From Chloroflexota bacterium (lineage in GTDB: Bacteria; Chloroflexota; UBA11872; VXOZ01): 64,000 bases of DNA. The position numbers and the translations under genes were made by a program. Below the pieces are notes generated by a model. It was given only the letters and a program-made list of their open reading frames with translations, made no database searches and had not been told where the DNA came from. Where the stretch lies: assembly GCA_963663275.1 (NCBI GenBank), contig OY760183.1, forward strand, positions 2,912,001 through 2,976,000, given 5' to 3'. Numbering within the stretch: the first letter of the stretch is position 1; each line of letters begins with the position of its first letter. Shown here in pieces: positions 29,321-39,704 of the stretch.

Positions 29321-30394
29321 TTAGGCCGGCGGCGCATTTCGGGAGATGCGCATAACGCGATCGAACCCGGCCAGGTCGTGAAAAACCTCTACGCGCGCGC
29401 CCGGCAGGCGGCGCACGGCCAAGTCCGCCAAGGGCGCGGCCTGGTTGAATCCGATCTCGAAGAGCGCGGCGCCGCCGGGAAGGAGGCGCTTTGGCAGTTC
29501 GGCAAAGAGCGTCCGATACGCCGCCAAGCCGTCTTTGCCGCCGGCCAGCGCGAGGCGCGGCTCGAAGTCCCGCACGTCGCAATCCAGGCCCGCGATCGCG
29601 TCGTCAGGGATGTACGGCGGGTTGCAGACGATGACGTGCACCGGCTCCGGCAACGCCTGGAGATAGTCTCCCTGCACAAATGTGAGCCGCTCCGCGACGC
29701 CGTGTGTGACGCCGTTGCGGCGGGCAACCGCCAACGCATCCGCGGAAACGTCGGTGGCGTAGACCCGGGACTGGGGCAGATGCCGCGCGATGCTCACGGC
29801 AATGGCCCCGCTGCCCGTGCCCACGTCGGCGATGAGCGGGACTTCCACGTCCGCGAATGCGAGCTCCCGGAAGTTTGCACGCTCAGACTCTCCGGACTCC
29901 GGCTCTTGCCGGAGTGACGGACGGGACGGGGCAAACGAGCGTTTGCGCTCAAAGAGCGCGAGCGCCTGCTCAACCAGCAGTTCCGTCTCCGGACGGGGGA
30001 TGAGCACGCGCCGGTCTACGGCAAATTCCAGTCCCATGAACTCCTTCTTGCCGACGATGTAAGCGACCGGTTCGCCTCGCTCGCGGCGCGCTACGAGACC
30101 CTGGAACGCGGCAACCTGCTCAGGCGAGAGCGCCGCAACTCTCCCCCCGGCCAGCGCCTCTTCCGTACACCCCAGCGCGTGGCGCAAGAGAATGCGGGAG
30201 TCACGGGCAGAGGATTCGATGCCGCGCTGCTCCAGCCGGCGGGAAGCCCAATGCAGCGCGCCGCGCGGGACATGCAATTCCAATTGAGTGGCGGCAGGCG
30301 CGGCCGCCGTCCCGCAAGCGGAACGCGGGGGCGAGGGTTCAGCGGCGCGGCGATCGGCGGCTGCGGGCGCGTGCGTGGCGGGCGGAGTGGACAC
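29321..30394 (-). CDS. prmC: Release factor glutamine methyltransferase with an in-frame REP insert
   Basis: GEPVAYIVG, VLIPRPETE, DVGTGSG, NPPYI and EPRLAL. The start codon is uncertain. Confidence 0.93.
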   Translation of the reverse strand: MSTPPATHAPAAADRRAAEPSPPRSACGTAAAPAATQLELHVPRGALHWASRRLEQRGIESSARDSRILLRHALGCTEEALAGGRVAALSPEQVAAFQGLVARRERGEPVAYIVGKKEFMGLEFAVDRRVLIPRPETELLVEQALALFERKRSFAPSRPSLRQEPESGESERANFRELAFADVEVPLIADVGTGSGAIAVSIARHLPQSRVYATDVSADALAVARRNGVTHGVAERLTFVQGDYLQALPEPVHVIVCNPPYIPDDAIAGLDCDVRDFEPRLALAGGKDGLAAYRTLFAELPKRLLPGGAALFEIGFNQAAPLADLAVRRLPGARVEVFHDLAGFDRVMRISRNAPPA

Positions 30395-30411
30395 GGCGGC
30401 GGTCCGATGCT

Positions 30412-31482
30412 TTAGCTGCCCGTACCGGCGGCAGCCAGGCGCTCCGATTCATACGTGGTAGTGAGGGCGTCCACCACCCCCTCCAGGTTGCCGTCAACCA
30501 ATTGGTCCAGCGAGTAGACGGTCAGGTTGATGCGGTGGTCGGTCAAGCGGTTTTGCGGGAAGTTGTACGTGCGAATCTTCTCGCTGCGTTCGCCGGTGCC
30601 CACCAGGCTGCGGCGCATGGCGGTCTCTTCCTCGCGCTGCTTGCGCTGCTCCATCTCCAGCAGGCGCGCGCGCAGCACCGCCAGCGCCCGCATCCGGTTC
30701 TGCTGCTGGGAGCGTTCATCCTGGCAGGTGACCACCAGGCCGGACGGAATGTGCGTGATACGGACGGCGGAGTCGGTCGTGTTCACGCTCTGGCCGCCGT
30801 GGCCGCTCGCCCTGTAGACGTCGATCTCCAACTCGTCGGGCTTGATGGTCACGTCCACCTCCTGCGCTTCCGGCAAGACCGCAACCGTGGCCGTAGAGGT
30901 GTGGATGCGCCCGCTGGCCTCGGTCGCGGGCACGCGCTGCACGCGGTGCACGCCGCCCTCGAACTTCAGCCGGCTGTACGCGCCCTGCCCCTTGACGAGG
31001 AAGACGATCTCCTTGAGGCCGCCAATGCCGGTGGGATTCGACGACAGCACCTCCATCTTCCAGCCCTGCTTTTCCGCGTAGAGGCTGTACATGCGGTAGA
31101 GGTCCGCGGCGAAGAGACCGGCTTCGTCGCCGCCGGTCCCGGCGCGGATTTCCATGATCACGTTGCGGTCGTCGTTAGGATCCTTGGGCGCCAGCGCGGC
31201 CCGCAGGCGTTCCAGCAGCGTCTCCTTCTCGCTGGCAAGTTGCTGGATTTCCAGGCGCGCCATCTCCAGGAGTTCGTCGTCGTCTTCTTCCGCCAGCAAC
31301 TCTTCGGCCCCGCCGGTCTCCCGCTCCACGCGCTGCAGATCACCGTAGAGTACGACCACTTCCTCCAGCGAAGCCTGTTCTTTGGCGAGCGCGGCCAGTT
31401 GGGGAATATTGTTGCTGTGCTCGACCATGAGCAGATTAAGCTCGTGGTACCGCGCTTCGATTTCGGCCAGTTTCTCAAGCAT
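30412..31482 (-). CDS. prfA: Peptide chain release factor 1
   Basis: [14 protein letters not shown] tripeptide, GGQ and RTYNFPQNR. Confidence 0.97.
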   Translation of the reverse strand: MLEKLAEIEARYHELNLLMVEHSNNIPQLAALAKEQASLEEVVVLYGDLQRVERETGGAEELLAEEDDDELLEMARLEIQQLASEKETLLERLRAALAPKDPNDDRNVIMEIRAGTGGDEAGLFAADLYRMYSLYAEKQGWKMEVLSSNPTGIGGLKEIVFLVKGQGAYSRLKFEGGVHRVQRVPATEASGRIHTSTATVAVLPEAQEVDVTIKPDELEIDVYRASGHGGQSVNTTDSAVRITHIPSGLVVTCQDERSQQQNRMRALAVLRARLLEMEQRKQREEETAMRRSLVGTGERSEKIRTYNFPQNRLTDHRINLTVYSLDQLVDGNLEGVVDALTTTYESERLAAAGTGS

Positions 31483-31498
31483 CGTCGTTTCTCAATCT

Positions 31499-32443
31499 TC
31501 AAGCGGATTCTACCGCCGCGGCGGGTGTTGCCTGCCGCGTCTCCGACGGACTCTGCGCCCGTTCATCCGCCGCCATCACGGCCTGCAACGCGGCAATGGC
31601 AACGGCGGCCTGGTCGTCGTCCGGCTCTCGCGTTGTCAACGACTGCAACCACAGGCCCGGCCACACCAGCGCGCGCACGAGCCACTGCCGGTAGTGCCGC
31701 GCCGAAAACCGCAGCCACTCGTATGAGAGACCGACGATCACCGGGATCAACAGCACCCGCGAAACTACCCGCGCCCACAGCGGCGGATGGCCCAGAAGCC
31801 CGAATACGATGACGCTGACGACAACCACGACCAGCAGCAGCGCGGTGCCGCAGCGCGGGTGCGCCGTGGAGCACGCGCGCAACGATGCGGGCGCCAGGGC
31901 AATGCCCTGTTCCTGCGCGTGCACGGCTTTGTGCTCAGCGCCGTGATAGGCGAAGATCCGCCCGACCCGCGGCGTGATGCCAATCAGCAGCAAGTAGCCG
32001 AGCATGAGCATGAGCCGCAGCACGCCCTCTACCAGGTTCGTGAGCGCCGCGCTGCCAAGCGCATCGTGCCAGACCCCGGCAATCAGCATCGGCGCCACGA
32101 AGAAGAGGCCGCTGGCGACAACCACGGAAAAGACCATCGTGCCGCGCACCGAGGACGCCGCGGGCAACTCGTCCGGCGCTTCCTCTCCCTTGATTTCGCT
32201 CACCGCCACCTGGGACGAAAAAGCTAGCGCGCGGTAGCCCAATGCCATGGCGTCCCACAGCATGGCAATGCCCCGCACGAAGGGCAACCGGCTGGCGGCG
32301 CCTTCCCGCAAGCGGCGCGGCAGCGCCTCGGCGCGCGTGACCACGTGACCCTTGGGATGGCGCACGGCCACCGCCACGTGGCGTTGGCCGCGCATCATCA
32401 CGCCTTCCAGCACCGCTTGTCCGCCGTAGAGAGGCCCCGCCAT
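31499..32443 (-). CDS. DUF1385 (YqhQ-like) membrane protein
   Basis: GGQAVLEGVMMRG, YHGAEHK, HPRCGT and LTTREPD; conserved position between rpmE and prfA. Confidence 0.9.
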   Translation of the reverse strand: MAGPLYGGQAVLEGVMMRGQRHVAVAVRHPKGHVVTRAEALPRRLREGAASRLPFVRGIAMLWDAMALGYRALAFSSQVAVSEIKGEEAPDELPAASSVRGTMVFSVVVASGLFFVAPMLIAGVWHDALGSAALTNLVEGVLRLMLMLGYLLLIGITPRVGRIFAYHGAEHKAVHAQEQGIALAPASLRACSTAHPRCGTALLLVVVVVSVIVFGLLGHPPLWARVVSRVLLIPVIVGLSYEWLRFSARHYRQWLVRALVWPGLWLQSLTTREPDDDQAAVAIAALQAVMAADERAQSPSETRQATPAAAVESA

Positions 32444-32476
32444 GCAATCCGTCCCGCGCCCTGTGACTGCCTGCGG

Positions 32477-32695
32477 CTACTTCTGCAGCCGCTTGGCGCG
32501 CCGCAGCCGCTGCATGAACCGATCGACCTGACCCTCGGTGTCTACCAGTTTCTGCTGGCCGGTATAGAACGGATGGCAGTTGGAGCACAAGTCCACGCGC
32601 AGCGACTCCGACGTGGAGCCGGTAGTGAACGTGTTGCCGCAACTGCATACAATCGTGGCTTGCTCGTGGTACGTGGGGTGAACGCCTGCTTTCAT
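32477..32695 (-). CDS. rpmE: 50S ribosomal protein L31 (zinc-binding form)
   Basis: [21 protein letters not shown]. Confidence 0.97.
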   Translation of the reverse strand: MKAGVHPTYHEQATIVCSCGNTFTTGSTSESLRVDLCSNCHPFYTGQQKLVDTEGQVDRFMQRLRRAKRLQK

Positions 32696-32932
32696 TGCTC
32701 ATCTTTCCCGGCGGGCGCGCAGCCCACCTGTATTGAACTATGGTCGTATCTGGGTACAGTTAACAGTATACCCCATGCTTTTCATGTGGTACAGTGAAAT
32801 CGCTGGGCTGGCAGCCGGGGCCCAGCGCAAGCGAGGCGGAGTTGGCGCGGAAGTGCATCGCTGTCGTCCCTTTTCTTGGAAACCTGCGACAATTGCGCCA
32901 CACTGTTGAAAGCGTGCCGGAGCGGCGGCAAT

Positions 32933-33010
32933 TTCCCCTCACCCCGGCCCTCTCCCCAGGGAGAGGGAGTCGATGCGCGGGCCTGCCGGACTTCTCCCCA
33001 GGGAGAGGGA
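32933..33010 (+). repeat. REP-like palindromes (ccctctccccagggagaggg)
   Basis: One full copy and one partial copy. Confidence 0.75.
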
Positions 33011-33082
33011 AACCACTCGGCTGCCGGCCCAGATTGTGCAAGAGCCTCGAGCGTCTTCTACCGCGCCCACAGGCGGACCATC

Positions 33083-34030
33083 GTGCCCTCGTTGGAAGTC
33101 AACATCGCGCCGCGACACCCGACCGGGCTGCTCCTGCAGAATCCCGTAATCACGGCGTCCGGCACCTTTGGCTACGGCGCCGAGTACGCCTCCATCTACG
33201 ACGTGAACCGTCTCGGCGCCATCGCGGCCAAAGCCGTCACCCTGGAACCGCGCCGCGGCAATCCCATGCCGCGCATCGTCGAAGCGCCGGGCGGGATGCT
33301 CAACGCCATCGGCTTGCAGAACGTCGGCGTGGAAGCCCTAATCCGCGAGAAAGCGCCGCTGTGGGCGGCGTGGGACGTGCCGGTGATTGCCAACGTGGCC
33401 GGCGCTTCGCTGGAAGAGTACGTCACGCTCGCCGAGATGTTGGACGGCGTGCCCGGCATCGCGGCCCTGGAACTCAATATCTCCTGCCCGAACGTGGCGC
33501 ACGGGCTGGACTTCGGCACCGATCCCGCCTTGGCCGCCGCGGTAACCCAGGCGGTAAGCGAGCGCTCTTCCCTGCCGCTGATCGTCAAGCTCACGCCAAA
33601 CGTGACGGACATCCGGCCGGTCGCCACCGCCGTGGCCGAGGCCGGGGCCGACGCGCTGGCAATCATGAACACGCTCACGGGCCTGGCCATCGACGTTGAG
33701 CAGAAGCGCCCCGTGCTGGCCACCGTCACCGGCGGGCTGTCCGGCCCGGCGGTGCGCAGCATCGCCCTGCGCCTGGTGTACGCCGTCGCGCCCCTGGTGG
33801 ACACACCCATCATCGGCATCGGCGGCATCGGCGAGACCGGGGACGCGCTGATGTTCCTCATGGCCGGAGCCACCGCCGTACAGGTCGGCACGGCGAATTT
33901 CTACAACCACATGGCGCCGCTGGAGATCATCGCGGGCCTGGAGGCGTACTGCCGCGAGCAAGGGCTGGAGAGCATTCAAGAGGTTGTCGGCGCGGCGCTC
34001 CCCCAACCCGCCGGCGCCGCCGCCCCGTGA
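33083..34030 (+). CDS. pyrD: Dihydroorotate dehydrogenase class 1B catalytic subunit
   Basis: ASGTFG, NAIGLQN, ELNISCPN, KLTPNV and GGLSG. The GTG start is inferred. Confidence 0.93.
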   Translation: MPSLEVNIAPRHPTGLLLQNPVITASGTFGYGAEYASIYDVNRLGAIAAKAVTLEPRRGNPMPRIVEAPGGMLNAIGLQNVGVEALIREKAPLWAAWDVPVIANVAGASLEEYVTLAEMLDGVPGIAALELNISCPNVAHGLDFGTDPALAAAVTQAVSERSSLPLIVKLTPNVTDIRPVATAVAEAGADALAIMNTLTGLAIDVEQKRPVLATVTGGLSGPAVRSIALRLVYAVAPLVDTPIIGIGGIGETGDALMFLMAGATAVQVGTANFYNHMAPLEIIAGLEAYCREQGLESIQEVVGAALPQPAGAAAP

Positions 34031-34112
34031 ACCGCACGCCGGCGGCCTATGCCTACATCAGGGAGCGGGCTCATCCGGCGCAAGCGTCGTGTCCTCAGAA
34101 CGAGGCCCGCAC

Positions 34113-34904
34113 TTACATCAGGGAACGGACCAGGCCGCCGTCCACCTGGAACGTCCCGCCCGTTATATAACTCGCCCGCGCCGACGCCAGGAAGACGGCC
34201 AGGTCCGCCAGTTCCACCGGCTGGCCCAGACGCCCCAGGGGAATCTTGACCTCATACTCCTGCAAAACGTCCTCTTCGGTGAGGTCGGTTGCGCGCACCC
34301 GCGCCGCCACGTTTTCCTTGATGCGGTCGGTGTGGATGCTGCCGGGGCAGATGTTGTTCACCAGGATGTTCTCCGGCGCCAATTCGGTCGCCAGCGACTT
34401 GGCCAGGCCGATCACGGCGGGACGAATCGCATTGGAGAGCAGCAGGTTTTCCAGCGGTTGCTTGACGGAGGTAGAGGTAACGTTGATGATGCGTCCGCCG
34501 CCGGTCGCGCGCATGTGGGGCAGCACGGCGCGCACGAAGCGCACCACGCTCATGAAGGTGAGATTGAAAGCGCCTTCCCAGTCCTCGTCTTCGAAGTCGC
34601 CGAACCCGCCCATCGGCGGGCCGCCGGCGTTGTTCACCAGAATGTCGATCGTGCCCTGCCGCTGCACGATGGTATTGATGAAATTCGTGATGGCGTCGGG
34701 TTTCACTACGTCCACCGGCACGGCGAGCACCTCCGAGCCGGCCGCGGCCTGAATCTCCTGGGCAGCTTGTGAGAGGTTGTCCGGGTTGCGCGAGCAGATC
34801 GCCACCCGCGCCCCTTCCAGGGCCAGGCCCATGGCAATCGCCTTGCCAAGACCCTTGCTCCCGGCAGACACAACGGCAGTCTTTCCGTTTAGACCGAGAT
34901 CCAT
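34113..34904 (-). CDS. SDR family oxidoreductase
   Basis: [16 protein letters not shown] and YITG..VDGG; SNxxR replaces YxxxK. Confidence 0.88.
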   Translation of the reverse strand: MDLGLNGKTAVVSAGSKGLGKAIAMGLALEGARVAICSRNPDNLSQAAQEIQAAAGSEVLAVPVDVVKPDAITNFINTIVQRQGTIDILVNNAGGPPMGGFGDFEDEDWEGAFNLTFMSVVRFVRAVLPHMRATGGGRIINVTSTSVKQPLENLLLSNAIRPAVIGLAKSLATELAPENILVNNICPGSIHTDRIKENVAARVRATDLTEEDVLQEYEVKIPLGRLGQPVELADLAVFLASARASYITGGTFQVDGGLVRSLM

Positions 34905-34939
34905 GCACCTAACTCCTTCACTGTGCGTTGGCTGATTCC

Positions 34940-35224
34940 TCATGCGATGGCTTGATGCAATGGCATGGCACGCGCCTGCACCGTGCCCCAGTGCTTGCGC
35001 AGGTTGTAGTAGACGTCCGTCTCCTGCGCCCAGAGATTCGGCCCGATGTTGGTTGGCTCGGGCCCTAACTCGATGTCGAGAGAATCCCCCAGGCTGTGGG
35101 CGGAATCGGTGCTGAGGACGATCGTGCGGTGGCCGCGTTCGGCGCAGCGCACGGCGGTGGCGGCCGCGCACGGGGTCTTGCCCACGCCGCCTTTGCCGGT
35201 GTAGAGTAAGACGCGCTTTGCCAC
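34940..35224 (-). pseudogene. Truncated ArsA/Get3-family ATPase
   Basis: GKGGVGKT and [10 protein letters not shown], but the ORF ends at 94 aa. Confidence 0.78.
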
Positions 35225-35233
35225 GTTCTTCCT

Positions 35234-36136
35234 TTAGGCAGTAAACTCCAGCCGCGTCCCCGCGCCGCCGTTCTCGCTGGAGCGGTACGCCGCCTCGATG
35301 AACGAGATGATCTCGATCGTCTCCTCGATCGCCAGCGGCGGGGCGCCGGTATCCAGCATGGTCATGATCTCGCGCAGCAGGTTGCGGTAGTTGTTGCTCG
35401 CATCGATCGACTGGGTGTAGGTGGCCTTTTGCGAGAAGGCCGTCAAGCCGTAGCCCGCGCTGCCGTCGCGAATGGCGCGCACCGTGCCCAGGCGGCCGCC
35501 GTCCCAAAGCCCGGTCACGTGATCTGCGCCGTCGGTGCGCACGGCCCAGACCTCCTGGCAGCCGGGGCCCATCAGCGAGTAGAGCACTTCCACGCCGTGG
35601 ATGCCGTAGTTGAGCAGTCCGGGATTGGCGTAGTGCTCGGAGCCGGGGCTATGCGCGTACGCGCCCAGCGCGCCGCCGTCCGCCGCCAATGATTCCTGCA
35701 CTTCCATCACCGTCTCCGTATAGCGCAATGAGGAAGCGGAGAAGATCGGCACGCCGTGGTGCGCCGCCGCCTCGGCAATAGCGCGCGCCTGGGCGGTGGT
35801 GGCGGCGTAGGGCTTGTCGATGAAGAGCGGCAGCCCGGCTTCCAGGAAGGGCTTGGCGTGGTCCAGGTGCAGGTTGCCCTCGTTGGACTCGATGAAGACG
35901 GCGTCCACGTGGCCGATCATGTCAACCGGCTTGTCCACGATCTGCACGCCCATTTCCTTCAGTTCTTCCGTAAAGCCCGGAATCCGCTCCGGGGAGACAC
36001 GCGATTCCCCCGGATAGCCCATGACGACCGTGCCGCCGTCCACCCATTGCTCTTCCGCGATGTCCAGGTGATTGAGCCGCTTCGTGAACTGCACCACGTG
36101 CGACGTATCGAAATCCACCAAGCCAATCCTGCGCAT
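35234..36136 (-). CDS. Gfo/Idh/MocA family oxidoreductase
   Basis: DFDTSH, FIDKP, SSLRY and YGIHGVE. Confidence 0.85.
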   Translation of the reverse strand: MRRIGLVDFDTSHVVQFTKRLNHLDIAEEQWVDGGTVVMGYPGESRVSPERIPGFTEELKEMGVQIVDKPVDMIGHVDAVFIESNEGNLHLDHAKPFLEAGLPLFIDKPYAATTAQARAIAEAAAHHGVPIFSASSLRYTETVMEVQESLAADGGALGAYAHSPGSEHYANPGLLNYGIHGVEVLYSLMGPGCQEVWAVRTDGADHVTGLWDGGRLGTVRAIRDGSAGYGLTAFSQKATYTQSIDASNNYRNLLREIMTMLDTGAPPLAIEETIEIISFIEAAYRSSENGGAGTRLEFTA

Positions 36137-36378
36137 TTTCTTCTCTTACCTCTCCAATGACTACGCGACCGCTATTCCGCGCTACTCACGCAAGCGGGGC
36201 GCCGTGTTCCCACACCCAAACCCGCCCTTGCGCGTGCGCCGTGTCAAGTATAGCCGATGTACTGCGCGCCTTCTAGTAATGGCGTCTGTGCTACCATGCA
36301 CGTGAAACGCGAAGAGTGTGCGCCCAAAGCCACAGCGCGCCCAATTCTGCCGCAATCAAGCAACGCGGGGAGGCTCCC

Positions 36379-37221
36379 ATGAACCAGGACGACCTACGCC
36401 GCCGGTTCGATGAACACGGCTACGTCAAGCTCGTTGACTTCCTCGACGCGGACGTGGTGGCGCACGCCCGCGCCGCTATGGAAGAGTTGGTGGACCGGCA
36501 AGCCCAGCGCCTGGTAGCAGCCGGCACAATCGCGACCGCGATGGTTGAAGAACCGTTCGAGACGCGCTTCTTCCGGCTCTACGAGCATCATCTGGACGAC
36601 GCGCCCAAGTCGTTTCGCCGGGAGTTGCACCTGGCCGGCCTCTTCGACCTCTTCTTCAACCCGGCCCTGCTCGACGTGGTCGAAGCCCTGATCGGACCGG
36701 AGATACTCCTCTACCCGAATTACACCGCCCGCCCGAAATTGCCCGAATGGAAAGGCACCGAGGTTCTCTGGCATCAGGACGGCGGTTACACGGAACAAGT
36801 GGCCGGGGACAAAGGGAGCGTGGAGTTGCAGCGCATGGTCAACGTGTGGACGCCCTTGGTCCCGGCCCGCGCGCGGAACGGCTGCATGCAGTTCGTGCCC
36901 GGCACCCACAAACTCGGTACCGTGCCCCACGAGCAGCGTGAATACTACCTTGAGATAGCGCGGGAATCCCTGGATCCATACGTGAAGGCGGCCGTGGACG
37001 TGGAACTCGATCCCGGGGACGTCGTCCTCTTCCAGAATCTCCTCTTCCACCGGGGGCAGCCGAATCACAGCCGCGAGATTCGCTGGAGTTTTGACTGGCG
37101 CTATCAGGACTTGCGCCAGCCCACGTTGCGCAAGGAAGAAGGGCACGTCGCCCGCAGCCGCAGCCGTCCTGAGCGCGCGGTCGCGAGCGCGGCGGCGTGG
37201 GCAAACCTGACGTTTCGCTAG
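36379..37221 (+). CDS. PhyH-family Fe(II)/2-oxoglutarate dioxygenase
   Basis: WHQD, NGCMQFVPGTH, GDVVLF...FHRG and R.SFDWRY. Confidence 0.9.
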   Translation: MNQDDLRRRFDEHGYVKLVDFLDADVVAHARAAMEELVDRQAQRLVAAGTIATAMVEEPFETRFFRLYEHHLDDAPKSFRRELHLAGLFDLFFNPALLDVVEALIGPEILLYPNYTARPKLPEWKGTEVLWHQDGGYTEQVAGDKGSVELQRMVNVWTPLVPARARNGCMQFVPGTHKLGTVPHEQREYYLEIARESLDPYVKAAVDVELDPGDVVLFQNLLFHRGQPNHSREIRWSFDWRYQDLRQPTLRKEEGHVARSRSRPERAVASAAAWANLTFR

Positions 37222-37246
37222 CAGCCACATACGAGAAAGGGCCGCA

Positions 37247-38014
37247 ATGCAACTTACCGGAAGAGTCGCGATCGTCACCGGCGCGGGGCGGGGGATTGGC
37301 CGCGCCACGGCGGAACGCCTGGCGGAAGCGGGCGCGAAGGTGGTGGTGGGCGACGTGAACGCGGAGACCGCGGCGGCCGCCGCCGACGCCATTTGCGGCG
37401 CGGGCGGCGCGGCGCTTGGCGTGCAGGTTGACGTTGCGAGTGAAGCGGACGCGGCACGCCTGGCCCATACCGCGGTCGAGCGCTTTGGCCGCATCGACGC
37501 GCTGGTAAACAACGCCGGCATCGGGCTTTACACCGCGCTCGTCGAGACTACGTTGGAGCAGTGGAACCACGTGCTGGCGGTAAATCTGACGGCTATCTTC
37601 CTGTGCAGCAAGTTCTGCGTGCCGATCATGCAAGAGCACGGCGGCGGGAGCATCGTCAACATCGCTTCCGTGCGCGCCATTGCCACCACGCCGCGCACCA
37701 CGGCCTACACGGCCACCAAGGGCGCGGTTATCGCGCTTACGAAGGCCATGGCGACCGAACTGGGCGACGACGGCATCCGCGTCAATTGCGTGCTCCCCGG
37801 CGCGATCGACACCGACATGATGCGCGAAAACCTGGCGGAGGACGGCCTCACGCTTGAGGAAGGCGCCGCCGCGGCAGAGCAGAAAACCCCCATGCGGCGC
37901 CTCGGCGCGGGCCGGGACATCGCCAACGCGGTAACGTTCCTGGCGTCCGAGGACGCATCCTACGCCAGCGGCGCGGCCTTCGTCATCGACGGCGGACGCT
38001 CGGTACACCTCTGA
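37247..38014 (+). CDS. Classical SDR oxidoreductase
   Basis: TGAGRGIG, NNAG and YTATK. Confidence 0.92.
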   Translation: MQLTGRVAIVTGAGRGIGRATAERLAEAGAKVVVGDVNAETAAAAADAICGAGGAALGVQVDVASEADAARLAHTAVERFGRIDALVNNAGIGLYTALVETTLEQWNHVLAVNLTAIFLCSKFCVPIMQEHGGGSIVNIASVRAIATTPRTTAYTATKGAVIALTKAMATELGDDGIRVNCVLPGAIDTDMMRENLAEDGLTLEEGAAAAEQKTPMRRLGAGRDIANAVTFLASEDASYASGAAFVIDGGRSVHL

Positions 38015-38092
38015 GCGCCCTTCTCTTGCCGAACTATCCTCATACAGCTCAGTCATGATGAATAGCGCGCTGCAATGGCGCAACCGCCTTCC

Positions 38093-38420
38093 GGTAGCGG
38101 CCATCCTCTGGTAGCAGCCATCCTCTGGTAGCGGCCGTCCTCTGGTAGCGCAGGTTTGTAACCTGCGTCCCCGGTTGCGCGGACTCACCCTCACCCTAAC
38201 CCTCTCCCTCAAGGGAGAGGGGACTCTTCACTTCCCCGCCAACCGCCTTCCCGTCGCAGCCACCCTCTGGTAGCGCAGGTTTGCAACCTGCGTCCCCGGT
38301 TGCGCGGACTCACCCTCACCCTAACCCTCTCCCTCAAGGGAGAGGGGACTCTTCACTCCCCCGCCAGCCGCCTTCCCGTCGCAGCCACCCTCCGGTAGCG
38401 CAGGTTTGCAACCTGCGTCC
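38093..38420 (+). repeat. Composite tandem repeat: 17-bp unit x3, then a 125-bp unit x2 plus a partial unit
   Basis: 125-bp units start at 38144, 38269 and 38394; the two complete units each carry two different REP families. Confidence 0.9.
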
Positions 38421-38503
38421 CCCGCCAGCCGCTTTCCCATCCCTTGCCGCCACTTCGACGCCGTGCCCCACAACTCCCCCGGTAGTAGCGGGCAGATACC
38501 CAA

Positions 38504-38512
38504 TGGTATAAT
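38504..38512 (+). promoter_or_regulatory. Extended -10 element (TGgTATAAT)
   Basis: Perfect consensus about 60 nt upstream of ORF 38574. Confidence 0.65.
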
Positions 38513-38573
38513 GGGAGAGCAATGAACAATTCGTGGCAAACGCGGCGGCTGAAGATGCAGGAAAGAGGGGTCC

Positions 38574-38789
38574 ATGGAATCGATTTTCAACTTTCCTCGG
38601 TGTTTGAAGTGTGACATTGGCGTGCTCGTGCCGTTTTCGGACTTTGGCGGCCAGGGCGCGTCGGTAACGTTCAAGGCGTGGGTGTGCACCAATCCTGACT
38701 GTCTCTTCAATCTGAAAATTCGCAATGGTGATGTCTACGTAAACGAACGGGTCACCGATGCCGCGCGGGAGCCCCGTCCCGTTCGCTAG
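38574..38789 (+). CDS. Small zinc-ribbon protein (71 aa)
   Basis: CLKC...CTNPDC; RBS gagggg and an upstream promoter. Confidence 0.75.
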   Translation: MESIFNFPRCLKCDIGVLVPFSDFGGQGASVTFKAWVCTNPDCLFNLKIRNGDVYVNERVTDAAREPRPVR

Positions 38790-38870
38790 TTGCGCCGCGC
38801 CCGCCGCACGAGGCCATGATGCGGCGCGCGGCAGAGAACGCTCTCCTCGCATCGTCCCTGGGCAACCGCT

Positions 38871-39704
38871 ATGGCAAGGATACTCTTGCGTGAGCAGTAC
38901 ACCTGCTACAATCACCCGCACCGCAAGACCACCGAGCGGTGCGACCGCTGCGGTACCGTATACTGCGAAGAGTGCTTGACAGCGCGAGGCAAACGAGATT
39001 TTTGCCTCCCCTGCGCCACACAGTTCGACGCGATACAGGCGCGGCGGCAGCGGCCCCTGCGCGAAAAGCTCATGGACCTCGCGCCCAGCCGCGCCTCCGT
39101 TTTCGTGACGCTCTTCTTCTTCATCTTGATCATTGCGGTGGGCGGCATCATCGGCAGGCAACTCGCCTCGATTACTATCGAACCGGAAGAAGCCGCCCGG
39201 GTGGCGCGCGCCTTCCGGGGCACGTTGCAAACTACGGAAGGGCTCAACCTGGTCGAGGCGCTCGTGGGCGGAGAGGTCGTGGCCTACTCCAGCGAGCAAG
39301 AGGACGGCGACCACCTGGCAAAACGCCTGGTGGACGGGTGGGCCGATCCGAAAGTGCCGGATTGGCGCGCGGCGGGGGCCGCCTTTCCCCAGGAGTTCGT
39401 CTTTGCCATCGAGCGGCAGGTGCTCGCCGGCGCGCCGGCCTACGCCAACACCGTGACCCTCCAGGCCAGCGAGCAAAGCCCACCGGAGACCTGGGTGCGC
39501 GAGTTCCGCGTCTTCGTGAGCACGGAGTCTGCGGACGGCCCGTGGGAGGAAGTCGGCGCGTACACCTTGGCGGAGAGTTCGCTCTTGCAGCGGTTCACGT
39601 TCGAGGCCCGGCCCGCCTGGTATGTCAAGCTGGTAGTCTTGAGCAACCACGGCAGCAGCGCGTACACCTCGCTGGCGGAGGTGGGGGTCTACCTGACGCA
39701 GTAA
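38871..39704 (+). CDS. B-box-like zinc finger + TM helix + discoidin (F5/8C)-like protein
   Basis: CYNHP..CDRC..YCEEC..FCLPC, one TM helix, and ARPAWYVKLVVLSNHG..TSLAEV. Confidence 0.75.
   Translation: MARILLREQYTCYNHPHRKTTERCDRCGTVYCEECLTARGKRDFCLPCATQFDAIQARRQRPLREKLMDLAPSRASVFVTLFFFILIIAVGGIIGRQLASITIEPEEAARVARAFRGTLQTTEGLNLVEALVGGEVVAYSSEQEDGDHLAKRLVDGWADPKVPDWRAAGAAFPQEFVFAIERQVLAGAPAYANTVTLQASEQSPPETWVREFRVFVSTESADGPWEEVGAYTLAESSLLQRFTFEARPAWYVKLVVLSNHGSSAYTSLAEVGVYLTQ

Noticed and set aside
30280-30394. PrmC N-terminal extension as a degenerate REP
   Set aside because: Similarity to the ccctctccc family is too weak and the start codon is uncertain.
34053-34130. Near-duplicate of the SDR 3' end (tacatcaggga.cgg.c) 60 bp away
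   Set aside because: The match covers only about 17 nt and does not extend, so it may be chance or a trivial remnant.
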